DNA from: Lepidodermella squamata
Taxonomy: Eukaryota; Animalia; Gastrotricha
Length of the DNA stretch: 64,000 nucleotides
Reading direction: 5' to 3'
NCBI GenBank assembly: GCA_047495785.1
Contig: JBLDXI010000009.1
Coordinates: 3,782,001 to 3,846,000, forward strand
Shown: piece after piece, positions 26,407-39,335 of the stretch
How the letters are laid out: every line of letters begins with the position of its first letter
Position numbering within the stretch: position 1 is the stretch's first letter
Position numbers and translations under genes: made by a program
The notes under the pieces: generated by a model
Database searches by the model: none
What the model saw: only the letters and a program-made list of their open reading frames with translations
What the model was told of the DNA's origin: nothing

Positions 26407-28293
26407 TGATCAAAATTTGGATTTTGGGAAATTTTGAACACTAAATGTGGATGAAACAATTTGCTACCGAAATATTATCGAATGAATGAAATAGAGATCA
26501 TTTTTAGTTTTATTGCAGGGATAGAACGTGCCCAACATTTTTCGAATTTCGAGCACCGCACGCGATTGGAAACACTAAACCGTAAATTCGTCATTGAAAA
26601 ACTGTTGTGAGAGGAGTTTTACGTGTTGAAAAATTGCTTGAAACAGCAAGAAAATTACAAAAAATTCTCTAATTGTTTCCGGATTTATTTTACTCATAGG
26701 AAACCGAAAATTCTCGAAAAAAGGAGAATTCCGATTGCTTTGAAATTCTTACCTCAAACTAATAATAACAGTCAAAATGTGAAAAAATGAAAAGATGAAA
26801 TCGAACAGAATAGCATGACGTTTTTGATGCATTTTGACGTGATATACCCGTTGGAATGAAATGGCGGGGAAATGGCGGGAGAGGAATGGAATGGAAGGGA
26901 GGGGCGACATGATCCTACATCAGTGTTGGAGACCATGAAGTCATTTATAAAATTATTAGGCCGTCCGGTTTGACAGTGGTATCAATGATTATATTAGTTC
27001 TGGGTATAATCAACGAATGCCCGCCGGCGGAGAAGTCTCCGCTAATTTTTCATCGTATTTCTCATCGAATTTCATCGAATAAACCGGACCGATTTTGGAG
27101 TCCCGAATCCGGTTAGGCATGAAAAAGGTATGAAATGGAGGATTTGGAGTTCAGAGAAAATTGCAAGCATCTGCCTGACAATAGACAATTCTAAAGAAAT
27201 TAATTTTTGAATCGACTAGTTTTCCCGGATTTATAGCGCACCTGGGATCTAAGCAGTTATTTTACGCATTTGGATATGTGTGAATTAAATATATGTTACA
27301 AAATGTGTACGAGCTCGTAAAATGTGTTCAAAATCCTATAATTTACGTTTTATTTCCTAATCCGGACTCAGTGCGGTGAAAAATAATTGGGACTTAGCCT
27401 CGACCGCGCCATTCTGCCGGGCACGAGCCGCGTCCGATATGACAACTTTCACTGTATTATGATAATATTTTGGACGGTACCTATTCTTGGACGTTCATTC
27501 GCAATCGAAACCAATTTTCAAATATTAAATTTTGAAACTAGAAAACAACGAACTCGTTCAAAATTTCTGCATTTTATTTAACTTTTCTCGAATAGTAATA
27601 CACCAATCTCTAACAATTATTTAACAAACACAACTATTTCCAGATGGAATTCGTTCAAGTTAAGGGAGGAGGGTTATCTCAAAAATTGAATCCGGAATTA
27701 TTCTGAGGAGAAGAAGGTATGCTGGAAGTTCTGATTTCTTCGGAGAAAGTGGATGACAATCGCAAAATCTGAACAAAAGCGTCTATAAATACATGAATAA
27801 AAACCTGATAGGCTAAAGGTGCCTCAGCAAAATTATATATAATAAAAATTCTATTTACAATCGCATAATCTCCTTAATCTGTAGCGGGTTGTTACAAGTC
27901 GGGCATGTAAAAGGTAAAATATCGAGGTATATAACAATATAATATAACATTATTATTAAGCACAAAATTTTTATTTACACGAGCTGTTTTTTTTAGTTGA
28001 CCGAAAGATGCAACGTGAGATAGGATGATGAGTTTTGATCGCGATTCAAAATCGACTTTTTAAAGCGCAAATTGATAAAATTTCACTTTCGATCAATCAA
28101 TATTTTATAATCGGAATAATCAGTATAATGGAATAGAATGTCCCACGCCGAGTAAGGAATAATGAGAACGAATTTTAGTTTTTTTAATGTTGCACAGCGA
28201 CATGTTGAGTATGATTTGGAATATATAATGATTGCACAATGATTGTCCGAAATAAAATTATAATTATTAAAAAATAGTGGAAAAATATTGCAT

Positions 28294-29875
28294 TCACTGC
28301 TGCTCTTCTTTATTGCTCGACGACGGTGATGAGTTGGGAATCGGCGACGACGCGGCGTTATTTTTCGCGGCCGCCTCCGTTTTGTTACTGTTATTGACCA
28401 GGTTTGTCAGCGCCGAAAAAATCAGCTCAGTTTCGCTGAGCGACGCCGATTGGCCGACCTGTTGAAAAGCGGCGGCTAACAAATTCGCCGTTAAATTGTT
28501 GCCGTTCGCATTATTGTCGTTGTCTGGATTTGAAACCGGCGCCGGCGGTGGTGGGGGAGGAGGCGGCGCCGCGAGTTGATGCTGCTGTTGCTGTTGCTGC
28601 CCGGATAGGGCTGATAACAGCCGGAATTGGTTCAGCGCAACGAGGTGTTCGTACATCTCCTTATGAAACGCCGGTGACGCTGAAGATGACGTTGAGTTGT
28701 TCGAAGGGCTCGACGACGGGTTGTTGTTCGGCGGCGACGAGGCCGGCGCCAGGTTTTGCCCGAGCAGGAACCTGTGCAGGTCCAACTCCGGCTGCGGCGG
28801 CGGCGGTGGCATGGCGGCGGCGAGGAACAGCGCCGATGCTTGATCGGCCGAGTTGGACGGGCCGCTGAACGACAACGGGATAGGTTCGTTGTTGCGAATT
28901 TCGTAGATTTTCGGCGGCGGGGTCGGTATTTGGTCGTAGATGTCGCCGCCGATGACGCGCTTGCGGCGGAACGCGCCGAATCCGAACATGTCGTCATCGG
29001 GCTCGTCGCCGCTCGATATCTCGTCGTCTTCCTTAGCGCCGCCGTTCAGCAGCCACGACCGGTTGTCGTCATCGGCGCCGTCGTCGTCGAATAGAGACCG
29101 CGGGCGCTTGCAATCGCCGGGCCCTGAACCGCCGGCCAACTTCTGGCGCCGCTTGCGACGGCGGTAGTTGCCGCGCTCGAACATGTGCTCGCAATTCGGG
29201 TCCAAAGTCCAATAACTGCCTTTACCAGCCTTGCCCTTCTCTCGAGCAACCTTGAAATAAATTTTGGTAATTTTTTCAGATTTGTTTCGCAATTTCTCCT
29301 CACCTTGATAAAGCAGTCGTTCAAGCTCAAATTGTGGCGAATTGAATTCTGCCAGCCTTGACGGTTGTCATGGTAATACGGGAAGCGTTCCATAATGAAT
29401 TGATATATGCCATTGAGCGTTACTTTGTGATCGGCAGCGTTTTTAATTGCCATGGCAATTAAGGCAATATATCTTCAGGAAAAATCGAAAAATTATTTGA
29501 AAATTTTTGGTTTGTTATGACTTACGAGTATGGCGGTTTTTCTTTAGCGGCAAAACTCGACGTAGCATGGCGCCCGAACGGGTGGTGCAGAAACGCACTC
29601 GCCGCGTCGAAGTAGCTTGGCGGGCCGGCCATGCCGGCAGCTAGGAACGGGTTCGTGAGGAAACTCGCCGGCGCCGGGGGCGCTGGGAGGGGTGCGCGTG
29701 AGGACGCGCCGAAAATGGAGCCGAAAATAGCGGCAAAGTCCGGGACAGGCGCGCCGGGGCCCGAAGCGCCTGGGAACAGCATGCTGGCGGCACTGGCGCC
29801 CGGGTTCGCCGACGGAACCGCTGGCAAGAACTCCTGTCCGTTAGGCGGCGACGATGCGCTCTGGTGCAGCATCAT
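28294..29875 (-). CDS. FOXL1: Forkhead transcription factor, FoxL1 class, 3 exons
   Basis: Spliced domain [96 protein letters not shown]; YHDNRQG, REKG and GNYRRRKR fit FoxL1. Introns 29525-29473 and 29303-29251. Confidence 0.9.
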
Positions 29876-29941
29876 CTTCGATTTTCACGTGAAAATTATG
29901 ATTATAACAAATGATATCAAATAGCCGTCGTCGAGCTGGTA

Positions 29942-29947
29942 TTTATA
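29942..29947 (-). promoter_or_regulatory. Probable TATA box of FoxL1
   Basis: GCTATAAATA on the minus strand about 70 nt upstream of the ATG, at the edge of a roughly 3 kb non-coding region. Confidence 0.5.
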
Positions 29948-32900
29948 GCAGCCGGTCGTGACGATGACGATGGTGATGTTTGTATTTGTGGTGCGCGTAT
30001 CAAAATGTTGTTAAATGCAATAAAATGTGCGTCAATTAAATAGCAAATTCCTGCGACAGCCAATAGGGTGCGCGCACTTTGCGCTCCGTGTCGTATTATT
30101 ATTATTATATTAGCGCGCAGAATCGGTCGCAGGTAGAGATTGTAATAATGACGCGCTCCTTTTCGCTACCTGCGCGTCGACGTGATTTCGTGTGTGTGTG
30201 CGTTAAACACCCGTATATTATAGGCACCAGCGGGACCAAAATTTGTTTGCCTTTTCTCACGCGCACCACAGGAGGAGGCAAACAGGCGAAAGACACATAA
30301 TATCAGGAATCTGCTGCGATATGTAGATAATTACGGTGACATTTGCAACAGGATCATCGACCCGGCTGAACGAGAGCACTTGTGGCAATTGCGAAATTGT
30401 TATAATTTGTAGCCAAATACAATATTAAAATATACACCTATAAAGAGAGAGACATGACGAAATTGCTTTACAAATACAAATATCAGCAAATACAAATAAT
30501 TTGGGCCCGTCGATATGGCTAGAGGTTGAAAATATTATAAAATTTTTCGCTGGGCTGTAAAATTATTCGTACCGTCAGGTGGTGATGGTGGATATTATCA
30601 ACTAAACAAATAACATTTTCAGCAGGTCCTGCTCGCGATCACGGCGAGCAATAACACGCGATTTGTTATTTGATTATTATAATAACTTTTAATAACGCCG
30701 TGAGACCCAGCAGCGAGATTGCCCGTGCCCTAAAAACTGCTGCGAATGAGGTAATAAAAGTGACACTGGCATCAGGTGCGCCGTGGTCAAGGGTGCATAC
30801 AAAATGGCACGACGCAGATTTCCGACGTCGCAAAAGTAAATTAATATCGTCAAACACCTATTGTGCTTTGTTAAACTATCGTCAGCTCCACTTCATGATG
30901 ATGATGATGATGATCAACAAACGTTTTTATATAAAAGCGGAGGTGTATTTTACAGGTGTAATGATGATGAGGCGAAAAATTTTATTTGCTTTAAACAGAC
31001 GGTAATAATATATAAAAGTAAAATATTGCTAATGATGAAGTGCCACCCCTCTCGCATGTTGACACTTTGCAAAAATAGCCGAGAAATTATTTTAAAATAA
31101 AAGGCGAAATCGCAGGTGTTTGACGTGCGCAAACCTCCAGGCGTCATCGCTGTCCGAGACGAAAAAAATAGCAGTATAAAACTGGGGGCGGCGGGCGGTT
31201 ACATGCGCCATTTGTTAACGCGTAAACTGGGGCCGTTAATCAAGGCGCGTAGTTATGGGCGAAAAACGAGTCACACAAGAGTTTATTATTCTGGCCTGAG
31301 AAGGCCAATAATAAGCGCGCCAGAAAAACCCGAAATAAACAGCTTGAATGTGTACAGTAAATACAGACATAACGGTAGGGTGAGATTCACATGGCAAAAA
31401 GACGCATAATGTACTTCCTTCGTTTTTGTATTGCTGTGCCGTATATGATGATATTTTCAGCTTTCAGCCTAGAAGATATATATCGCGCATCATCTTTTTG
31501 GTGTGTGTTGACCTTCAACCATAGGTAGTCAGAAGATGCATATTTTGCGTGGCAATAACGCATATATATAGCCACTTGGTTTTTTACTATCACGGTGTCT
31601 GGTGATGACTTGTCACTCTCTCTCTTTCTGAACCAGCTATTATTAATATTATTACCTGGCGGCAAGAGCGCCGCCCGCGATATATCTTCGTTGTAGAAAA
31701 AGGAAAAGCAAAGCAAGTTATTTATTTCTTTTATATTATTATTATTATTATTATTAGTATCACGGCGAAAAATAACCGTGTTTTCGTGTTCGCGCATCAT
31801 ATTCACTGCCGGGTAGTACCAGCTCAAGATATACATTAAGGTTTGTTTTTAGCAACACGATGACCACATAAACCATAACATCCTCATGACCGGTCCACCT
31901 GTATAACTGCTATTATTATTACTATCATATCGCCCGGCGTTATTTTTCGCCGCATTTCCGCCTGTATAATATAATTCGCAGAATACTTGTATAGAAAAAC
32001 GTTGACAAAATGCGCTGCTCGCGCGATGCGCAAAAATATTTACACAACGAAAAGAGATATATATATAGCTCGCAGTTTATTATCACCGTGTCCGCCCGCG
32101 TTTAGCCTGTACATAACTCATCATTATTATTATACCATCTATATATATCACTCGTAGGTTCCAGCGCGCTCAGAAAAACGCGAATGACAACACACTATGC
32201 GCGGGCAAGATGATGTGTTTTTGTTTATTTGTTATAAACCTACCTGCAGTTACACCGGGTGGTTTATTTTTGTTCTCGGTACTTTTGTCCCCACGCGCGC
32301 GCGCGCTCTTTTTCTTATTATTATCACTGCGCGTGTTATTATCTATTTCGCCCGTGTCGCGCGAGCGCACAAAAATTGGGCGTGTCCCATCTCGCCGGGC
32401 AAAATATGCGCCTATTATTATTGTGAGTAAAACATTAACGCCTTGGATATGTTTATTATGCAACGGAGCGGCTAACGGCCATATGCGGTGATTATAGAAT
32501 TTTTCCGCAACGACGTCCACCTTAATACATCTTTTTATATCACGCAAAAATGCGGCGCGCAGCTTTCACAATATATATTATAACCGTCCAAGATGTGTGG
32601 GAGCAGCCGTGTCTTTGGCAAATAAACACGGGCGGTAAAAATCAGGTGCCCGATATAATAAAAGGATAATGGCGCAAGAAGACAACAGGAAAAAATAACT
32701 TGGTTAAGAATAGGCACGAGGACACTATAAAACGCCATTAGGACACCCTGGGCGCGCGGCACGAAAATATAATGCGCTATTTTATTACATAACTCTACAT
32801 GGGTGGTTAAAAAGCAAGGGTGAGAGTTTTTAGTAAATGCTTTTTCGCCACGCCTGTAAACAACACAGCGAAAAAAACAGTGTTAATAACAATAAAAATA

Positions 32901-33109
32901 ATAATTGATGAAAACACCTTGACGCAAGAAAAATCCCGGTGGCTAATTCCAGGCTTGGTTTTCGCTTCTATTTTTTTCATTCAATTTTCAACAAAACACT
33001 CTGCAGATATATAAAACCCGAGGATTGGCACGAGAGTTTTGAAATAACAAAACCAGCAAATTTTTATATCAATTTTATTTTAATATAACTGGGAGAAAAA
33101 TTACGGAAA

Positions 33110-36100
33110 TTACTTGCAACTGAACGTATTTGCTCTCAAATTAACAGGCTGTTTGTTGACAATTGCGAGGTCATTATCGCTGCTGAAATTGTCAACAAAC
33201 GCATCATCTTTGTCAACACTTGGCAGATTGTATCTTTGGCAAATAGCAGCGTGTAGCAGCTTCTTATTGCTATTATCGTAATTTGTGTCACTCATTCCGT
33301 CATCATCGCCAACATCCGGGGTCAGCAGCGAACTCGCGCCCAGGTAACATGCGAAGGTCAGCACGACTATGACGAGAAAAGGACTGGGCTGGGCGATGGA
33401 GCCGCCTGTCACGCCAAATGTCAGCCCAAACCTAAGCGCAACTGATGGGAAAAAATGAGTAAAAATTGTGAAAAAAAATTATCGAGTCTAATTATACTTG
33501 AGCATCTCTCCTCGCCAGTGTAAGGACACTGAACGCAATACAGCGACAGGTTACAAACTCGAGGCCCATCTGGAAATTTGAATGGATTGTTCGAACACGG
33601 TGCGCCAAGTTGGGTAACAACGTCTAGGAATTATAATAGTAAAATATCGACATTTAAACATTTTGTTGCCTTACTTCCAGATGAGCCGCAAATATAGCGA
33701 AGTTTTCCTTTACCCAGCTCAGTCGCATTATACCAGTAGGGTATGCTGAAATTTTTTAGATATAGGCCTGGAAATCTAGTCAGAATAACTTACGGTATAG
33801 AGCCGGATTGGCACAAGCACAACCCAGTGCAAGTGGCTGAATATATTGGTAAAAATTAAAAAATAAAATGAACTCAAATTTATTACCATTGGGCCCTAAT
33901 GCTTTACAAGCGCCAGGCTCGTTGTAGTTGCAAAGTTCGTTATATTCACCCTCTGTAAAATTATTATTAAATAAAATAAAATAGTTGAAAAAAGCCAAAA
34001 GGTACGGAAAATGCAAGTCTGCGCCAGAGGTTCGAAATATCTAAAAAATAAAAAAAAATCGTTATTTTCAAGATATTTACAAATAAATTGAAATTACTGA
34101 TATTCCAAGGGACATTTGCATCTACTGTCTTCGCACACCATTGGAGGCTTGCAGTGAGTTTGATGCACGCATTCAGCCTTGAAAAAAATCAATTTTTCAA
34201 TTAATTTTTTAATTTAAAATTTGCATTCAAACCTGTCGAACTGCCACAGTTGATATCGCCTTAATGCAAAACGAGTACCATGAAGAGAAGGCCGAGGCAT
34301 TTCGCGGAACTTGAGGTCAAATTATGAAAAATAAAACGAAATTTTTCGACTGATTTTCGACTAACCTAAACCCTTCTGGGGGTTACACTGACATTGGTAG
34401 TCGATACATTCTGCACCGCCATGGCAAAAATCGTAGTCAACATCGCAGAATTCGAACAAGAATTTTCCTGATTTAAAAATTTCGAAATAATTCGACGAAA
34501 AAATGAGCGAAAAAATCCCACTTTGTTTGCAAGTCCCGTTTATCATTTTGTAGCCGAGCTTGCAAAGGCAAGCGCCCTGCGGGTTGACATCCGGACAGCC
34601 CGGGAATTTGGCGCAGTAGCTGTTATCCATCGGGCAACTCGGATCTTTCGGAGGCATGCCGAATGATAGCGTAATATTGGGCGTTGATAGCTGAAGTTTG
34701 AACGTTGTAGTAGTCGCAGCGGGCGTTGTGGTCGTGGCGTTGCGCGCGATAGTTGCGTTGTAGCAATCGATTCGCTCCGATAGCCGATCAATTTCACACA
34801 CCTCGCCAGTGTAACGAGAATCACATCGGCATTCCTAGATTTATTAGTATTGATTAAAACCCAATTTTTCAAAATATGACCTTTGACAATAAGTGAAAAG
34901 TGAGTTTTGACGACATTTATGACATCTTAAGATATCGATGCAGCTTTCAAGATCAATGCAACAGAAATCGAACGATATAAAAATAGAAAATTGACTTCAA
35001 GCCGGCTCTCAGAATATTTCAAACTTTTGAGTCAGGTAACAACGTTTTTTCAATTTTATTTTGGCACATTCTGAGGTGAAAAATGTCGCTGGGTTTCAGA
35101 GAGAGTTTGCCATATTATGTAATTTTTTGAAGGTATTATTTCAGGTTGTTGGAAGCATCCTAGATGTCTAAAATTTGAAAATTCAACATCTAGGTATAAA
35201 AAAAATGAGTATGAAAATACGCCAAACCCCACTTTTCACAAGTTATATTGTAATTTCTTACGTTCAATCCTATGCAGGTTCCTCCGTTTTGGCAAGGCCT
35301 TTGGCACGTAGGGAACTGTAAACAAATTGGTTAAGTAACAAATATTAAACAAAATCGACAGGTAGCAGCCGTACCTGGCATTGAGGTCCTAAAATAAATG
35401 AAAACCGATTAGATCATAATAAGTATGAATGAACCGCTATAACAAACCTCTGTATCCATAAGGACAGGCGCAAATACCATCTGCCAGGCAAGTGCCGCCA
35501 CTTTGACATGGCTGATTGTTGCAATTGGAATTTACTAAATCAGAAAACGTTAATTTTTTGAAAAATTTAACAATTTTTGTTTCAAGCCAGACCGAATTCG
35601 CATCTACTGCCGGAGTAGCCCTCGCGACATGTGCAGAAATTGGGCCCAGTGCAGACACCCTCATTAGCACACCCGGGTGAGCACACATCTAAAAAAGTTG
35701 AAAAATAATTCATGGCATAATTTGATTAAAGTCTTTAAAATTTTACAGCTTTCACAAAATTCGCCAGTGTAACCGCTGTTACAATAACATCGATTCGGTT
35801 CGCCAGCATCTCCAGATATACACGGGTTCGAACTGCCAGGTTTGCCACACAGCCGAGGGCAAAGTGCTAGCAAAAAAAAAACAACAAAGAAGGTGAAACA
35901 TAGAGACAAAAATGAAATAAAACCTTGTTCGCAACGAAGCCCGGAAAAGGTAGCTGTGGCGTTTAAAGGAGGACACAAACAAAAATACCAGCCGGCCGGG
36001 GTGCCGCCGTTGTAACACGTGACATTTGGCATGAGGCGGTCGTTGAAATCGCAATTATACAACAGGTAAATCTTATTGATATCTTGAATAGACATCCCCT

Positions 36101-39100
36101 CACGCTGACCTTGAAATTAAAATAAATTAAATATTTTAATTAATAAATTAATAAATTAATAAAAAATAAATTTAATATAATAAATTAATTTGAATTATTT
36201 TCCACATACCAACGACTTCATTCCGGTTACCAGGAGGGTTCAATATTTCCAAGGTCTTCCGAGCACCGCTTGAAAAAAATCGGGTTAAATTGCAGAAAAA
36301 TAAAAAATTCTCAGCCTTACTCGAACGAATATTGTGTCTCTGAAAAATGGGTCAAAGACGTGACATCGTATGGCAAGTTCCAGGTCGCGACACTGTTGAA
36401 CTGCGGGTACTGAATTTGGCTGGTATTAATCGGAGGTAGGACAAAATATTGCTGAGCCCAATAGACGATATTTTGCGGGTTCAACTTGATGTATCGATCT
36501 CGGTCTGGCCTATCGTGCTCGTTGAACAGACCCAGGGCGTTGAGGAGAAGCTTTTGAATCGCGCCTCTTTTATCGAGGCATTGGTAGTTTAACCGAATTA
36601 CTTGAGGCCCGCCTAGCCGGCCGATTCCGTCCGACCAACATTCGCGGGATGTATCGTGGATGATGTGTAGAAAATCTGGTGTGGCGTTGAAGGCGACTGG
36701 GACGAATTTGACGCAGTTTGGCAGTTTCATGTTGAGATCTTCGATGGCGGCGACGACTTTGACCATTTCTTGTTGAGATAGAGATTTTTGCTGAGCATCG
36801 TCGCGTAGAATGTTGTAAGGGATTCGCTTGTTTTGCCACAATCCACCAACGTAGGCCTGATTTACTGTATTCACCGTAGTCCGAATCTGAAATAACATAA
36901 TAATAATAACATCATAATAGGAATGATTGACAAGGGGTCAACATTTTTGCATTCTTAAAATAAGTAAGCGATAAAATGTGGAAGCCTGGTACTGAAATTT
37001 TTCCGATTCATTGCGATTACGGCTATTCGATATTGAAACCATCTACAACCTTTGAATGTTCTATTCTAACTACCTAATCGCATCAGCTAGACAGAAAATT
37101 TTTCAATGTTGACTTCCTGGAATTCTGATATCGGAAAAATCACGGATTTTTATAATCGATACTTGGAATCGACATCAGTTCTTCTGGCTGAAATATAACT
37201 CGTAGGCTCGATGCGCAAAATACCCGAAAAAGTGAGATCCATCGATTACCAATGATAATAAAAATAAAAATTATAGACTATAAGTTCGAATTCGAAATTC
37301 GAAAATTCGGAAATTCGAAAATCAAGTGCTAGAGGGTAAACTTTACTGGAACACTAATTATAGGGTGTGTACTAGAGTACAATCATTGAATCAGGGAATC
37401 ACTGAGATGAATGCTTGTAAAATTTTGCGTGATTTTCAGTTCAAGCGTTACTTTGCAAACAAAATTTCTCGAAAATAGCGCTTAAAACTATTTCCGTTTG
37501 TTGCAAATTTTCGAAATTTAAGGCTCGTATAAACGGGCAAACATGTTTGCCAAACATGGACCTCAAACATTGTTTGCCAAACAACGGCTTCAAACATTGT
37601 TTGATCAAACATTGCATTTACACGTTCAAACTTTTGCTTCAAACATTGTTGGGACCAACACGGCTTTCAAACATGTTTGCCCGTCTAAATGCACGTGTTT
37701 GAAAGAAAATGTTTGAGAGGCGTGTTGAAAACGCCTTCAAACAAAATCACTCGTCGAGGCGATTTTGTTTGACAAACATGCACACATTTGGCGCTGTGGC
37801 GGCTGCGGAGTTGCAAGCCGGGACGACATCTGCGCAACTTTTCATGCGCTTCTTCATAAAATGGATAGAATCTGATTAATTTGATTCTTAAATCGCTCGG
37901 GTCATGTGGCAAGGAAAAAAATCAAATCAAAGCGGTCGAAAATGTGAAAGCATTCTACCCGTATTGGTAATTATTCTCTTAATTTGCATAAATTGAACAA
38001 ATTAGCTCATTAATTTGCATAAATTATGCCATTTTCTTGATGATTTGCTTAGATTTTGCTAGTTTTCTTGCAAACATTGTTTGAGCGTGTAAATGAAAGT
38101 TTGACAAACAAATGTTTGAAGCCTCAAGAAGTGACCTTTCACCTTTTCCAATGTTTGACAAACAAGTTTGATCGTGTAAATGCTCTTCAAACATTTTCAT
38201 CAAACATCCATGTTTGAGGTCAATGTTTGACAAAATGTTTGCCCGTTTATACGAGCCTTTAGTTCCGCTATTATGTTTCAAGCATTCAAAGACATTGAAA
38301 CAATTTTCAATTCTTACATTTTCATTTAAAATTTCAAAAAAATTACTGCGCGTACCTTTGAAGTTGCGCTACCATTTTCTAATTTTGTAGCTTTTTGCGG
38401 CTATTTTTATCAATTAATCCTACCGAGAGAATCTCCCATTCTTTGTCCGCGATTTTATCGAAGAAATCGAAAATTCACTCGAGAAAACTCGGTAAACCCC
38501 AAATGGTAACTGGTTCGGTAATTTTCGGTATTTTACACGGTTGGACCAAATATCTCCGGATTTCTTTAATCCCATTGAAACGATTCTTATATTTTTCTGG
38601 GCATTTTCTTGCCTTATACTTATGGCTTATGGGACACGCTGTGTAAATGATACCATTTTCCTAAGGTAATTTATTGTTCAATGTTCCAGACGCTGAATGC
38701 TTAAAAAAGACTAAATTTCATACCTGAGCTTGGCGATTCGTCGGTGGAACAAGCGCTTCACGCTTCGCATCGGCACTTTCGCAGTTGAACGGCAGCAATT
38801 GGATCGTTTGAATCGCCACTGTATGCGTCGTCTTCGGATACACATCCTTCGACATGTCACCCTTGAAGGCGATTTGGTACGACCCGGCCGTCTCCAGGGT
38901 AACCTCAACCGGCACCCATTCGCCGCGAGTCGGCTCATCCCGCGAGTACAACTGCTTCTCGTGGCCGTTGTCGCCGATTTTTGTCACGCTGAGTCGATCG
39001 CCACTCATAGTTAGCCATACTCGAAATTTCAAACACGCCTCGGGTGAATTTGCCCATAGCTTCGTTGTAGTCAGGGTGGCTTGACGGCTTTCGCCTATAC

Positions 39101-39335
39101 CCGGTACTCTAGCGAGAAATGCGAACGATTCAGCGCGAGATTCCGGCAGTTGCGATTCCCGCAATTCTGGCAATAACGAACGGGAAAATGCCTCCCATTT
39201 CGCGGTTTCGCCCGGGTTTCTATTCATCATATTGCACAAATCCGCGCCAGAAAAATCGCATAGTAAAAACTGCTTAGTTGTTGACTGGCCATAGCAAACG
39301 GCTGCATATGCTAAAATCAGAAAAATCGACTTCAT
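33110..39335 (-). CDS. Type I membrane protein: signal peptide, MAM, catalytically dead astacin, about 5 EGF, Thr-rich linker, EB-like Cys modules, TM, cytoplasmic tail
   Basis: MAM exon 39335-38724 (CDF..LC..W..CLKF..GEWVPVEVTL..YQIAFKG..VAI..I.L..C) ends at a phase-0 donor CAG|GTATG matching the phase-0 acceptor TTTCAG|ATT at 36887. Astacin landmarks LWQNKRIPY, CVKFVP, CWSDGIGRLGGPQVIRL, RPDRDRYI, GQREGMSIQDINKIYLLYNC. The EGF exons and the final splice into the TM FLVIVVLTFACYLGA are in frame; the small exons at 33650-34360 were not individually phased. Confidence 0.78.
37281..37323. repeat. Short tandem repeat of TTCGAAA-like units
   Basis: GTTCGAATTCGAAATTCGAAAATTCGGAAATTCGAAAATC read directly from the sequence. 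Confidence 0.6.
37521..38258. mobile_element. PIF/Harbinger-like MITE (738 bp) in intron 1 of the MAM-astacin gene
   Basis: TIR AGGCTCGTATAAACGGGCAAACAT ... ATGTTTGCCCGTTTATACGAGCCT (24 bp perfect, about 50 bp imperfect); TTA on both flanks (37518-37520 and 38259-38261); many subterminal CAAACAT/ATGTTTG motifs. Confidence 0.88.
38495..38552 (+). repeat. Dispersed intronic repeat, copy 1 (copy 2 at about 43388-43442)
   Basis: ATGGTAACTGGTTCGGTAATTTTCGGTATTTTACACGGTTGGACC versus ATGGTAACTGGTTTGGTAATTATCGGTATTTTACCGGTTTGGACC. Confidence 0.7.

Noticed and set aside
30079-33014. Numerous 60-150 aa ORFs upstream of FoxL1
   Set aside because: Low complexity, overlapping on both strands, with no domains or coherent splice pattern; consistent with regulatory DNA.
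37448-38281. ORFs inside the CAAACAT-rich region, and CRISPR-like periodicity
   Set aside because: These are subterminal motifs of a MITE with irregular spacing, in eukaryotic DNA with no cas genes.
38356-38375. Mini-exon MVAQLQ as the first exon of the astacin domain
   Set aside because: Its phase-2 donor gives a stop within a few codons at the 36887 acceptor, whereas the MAM exon joins in frame and supplies a signal peptide.
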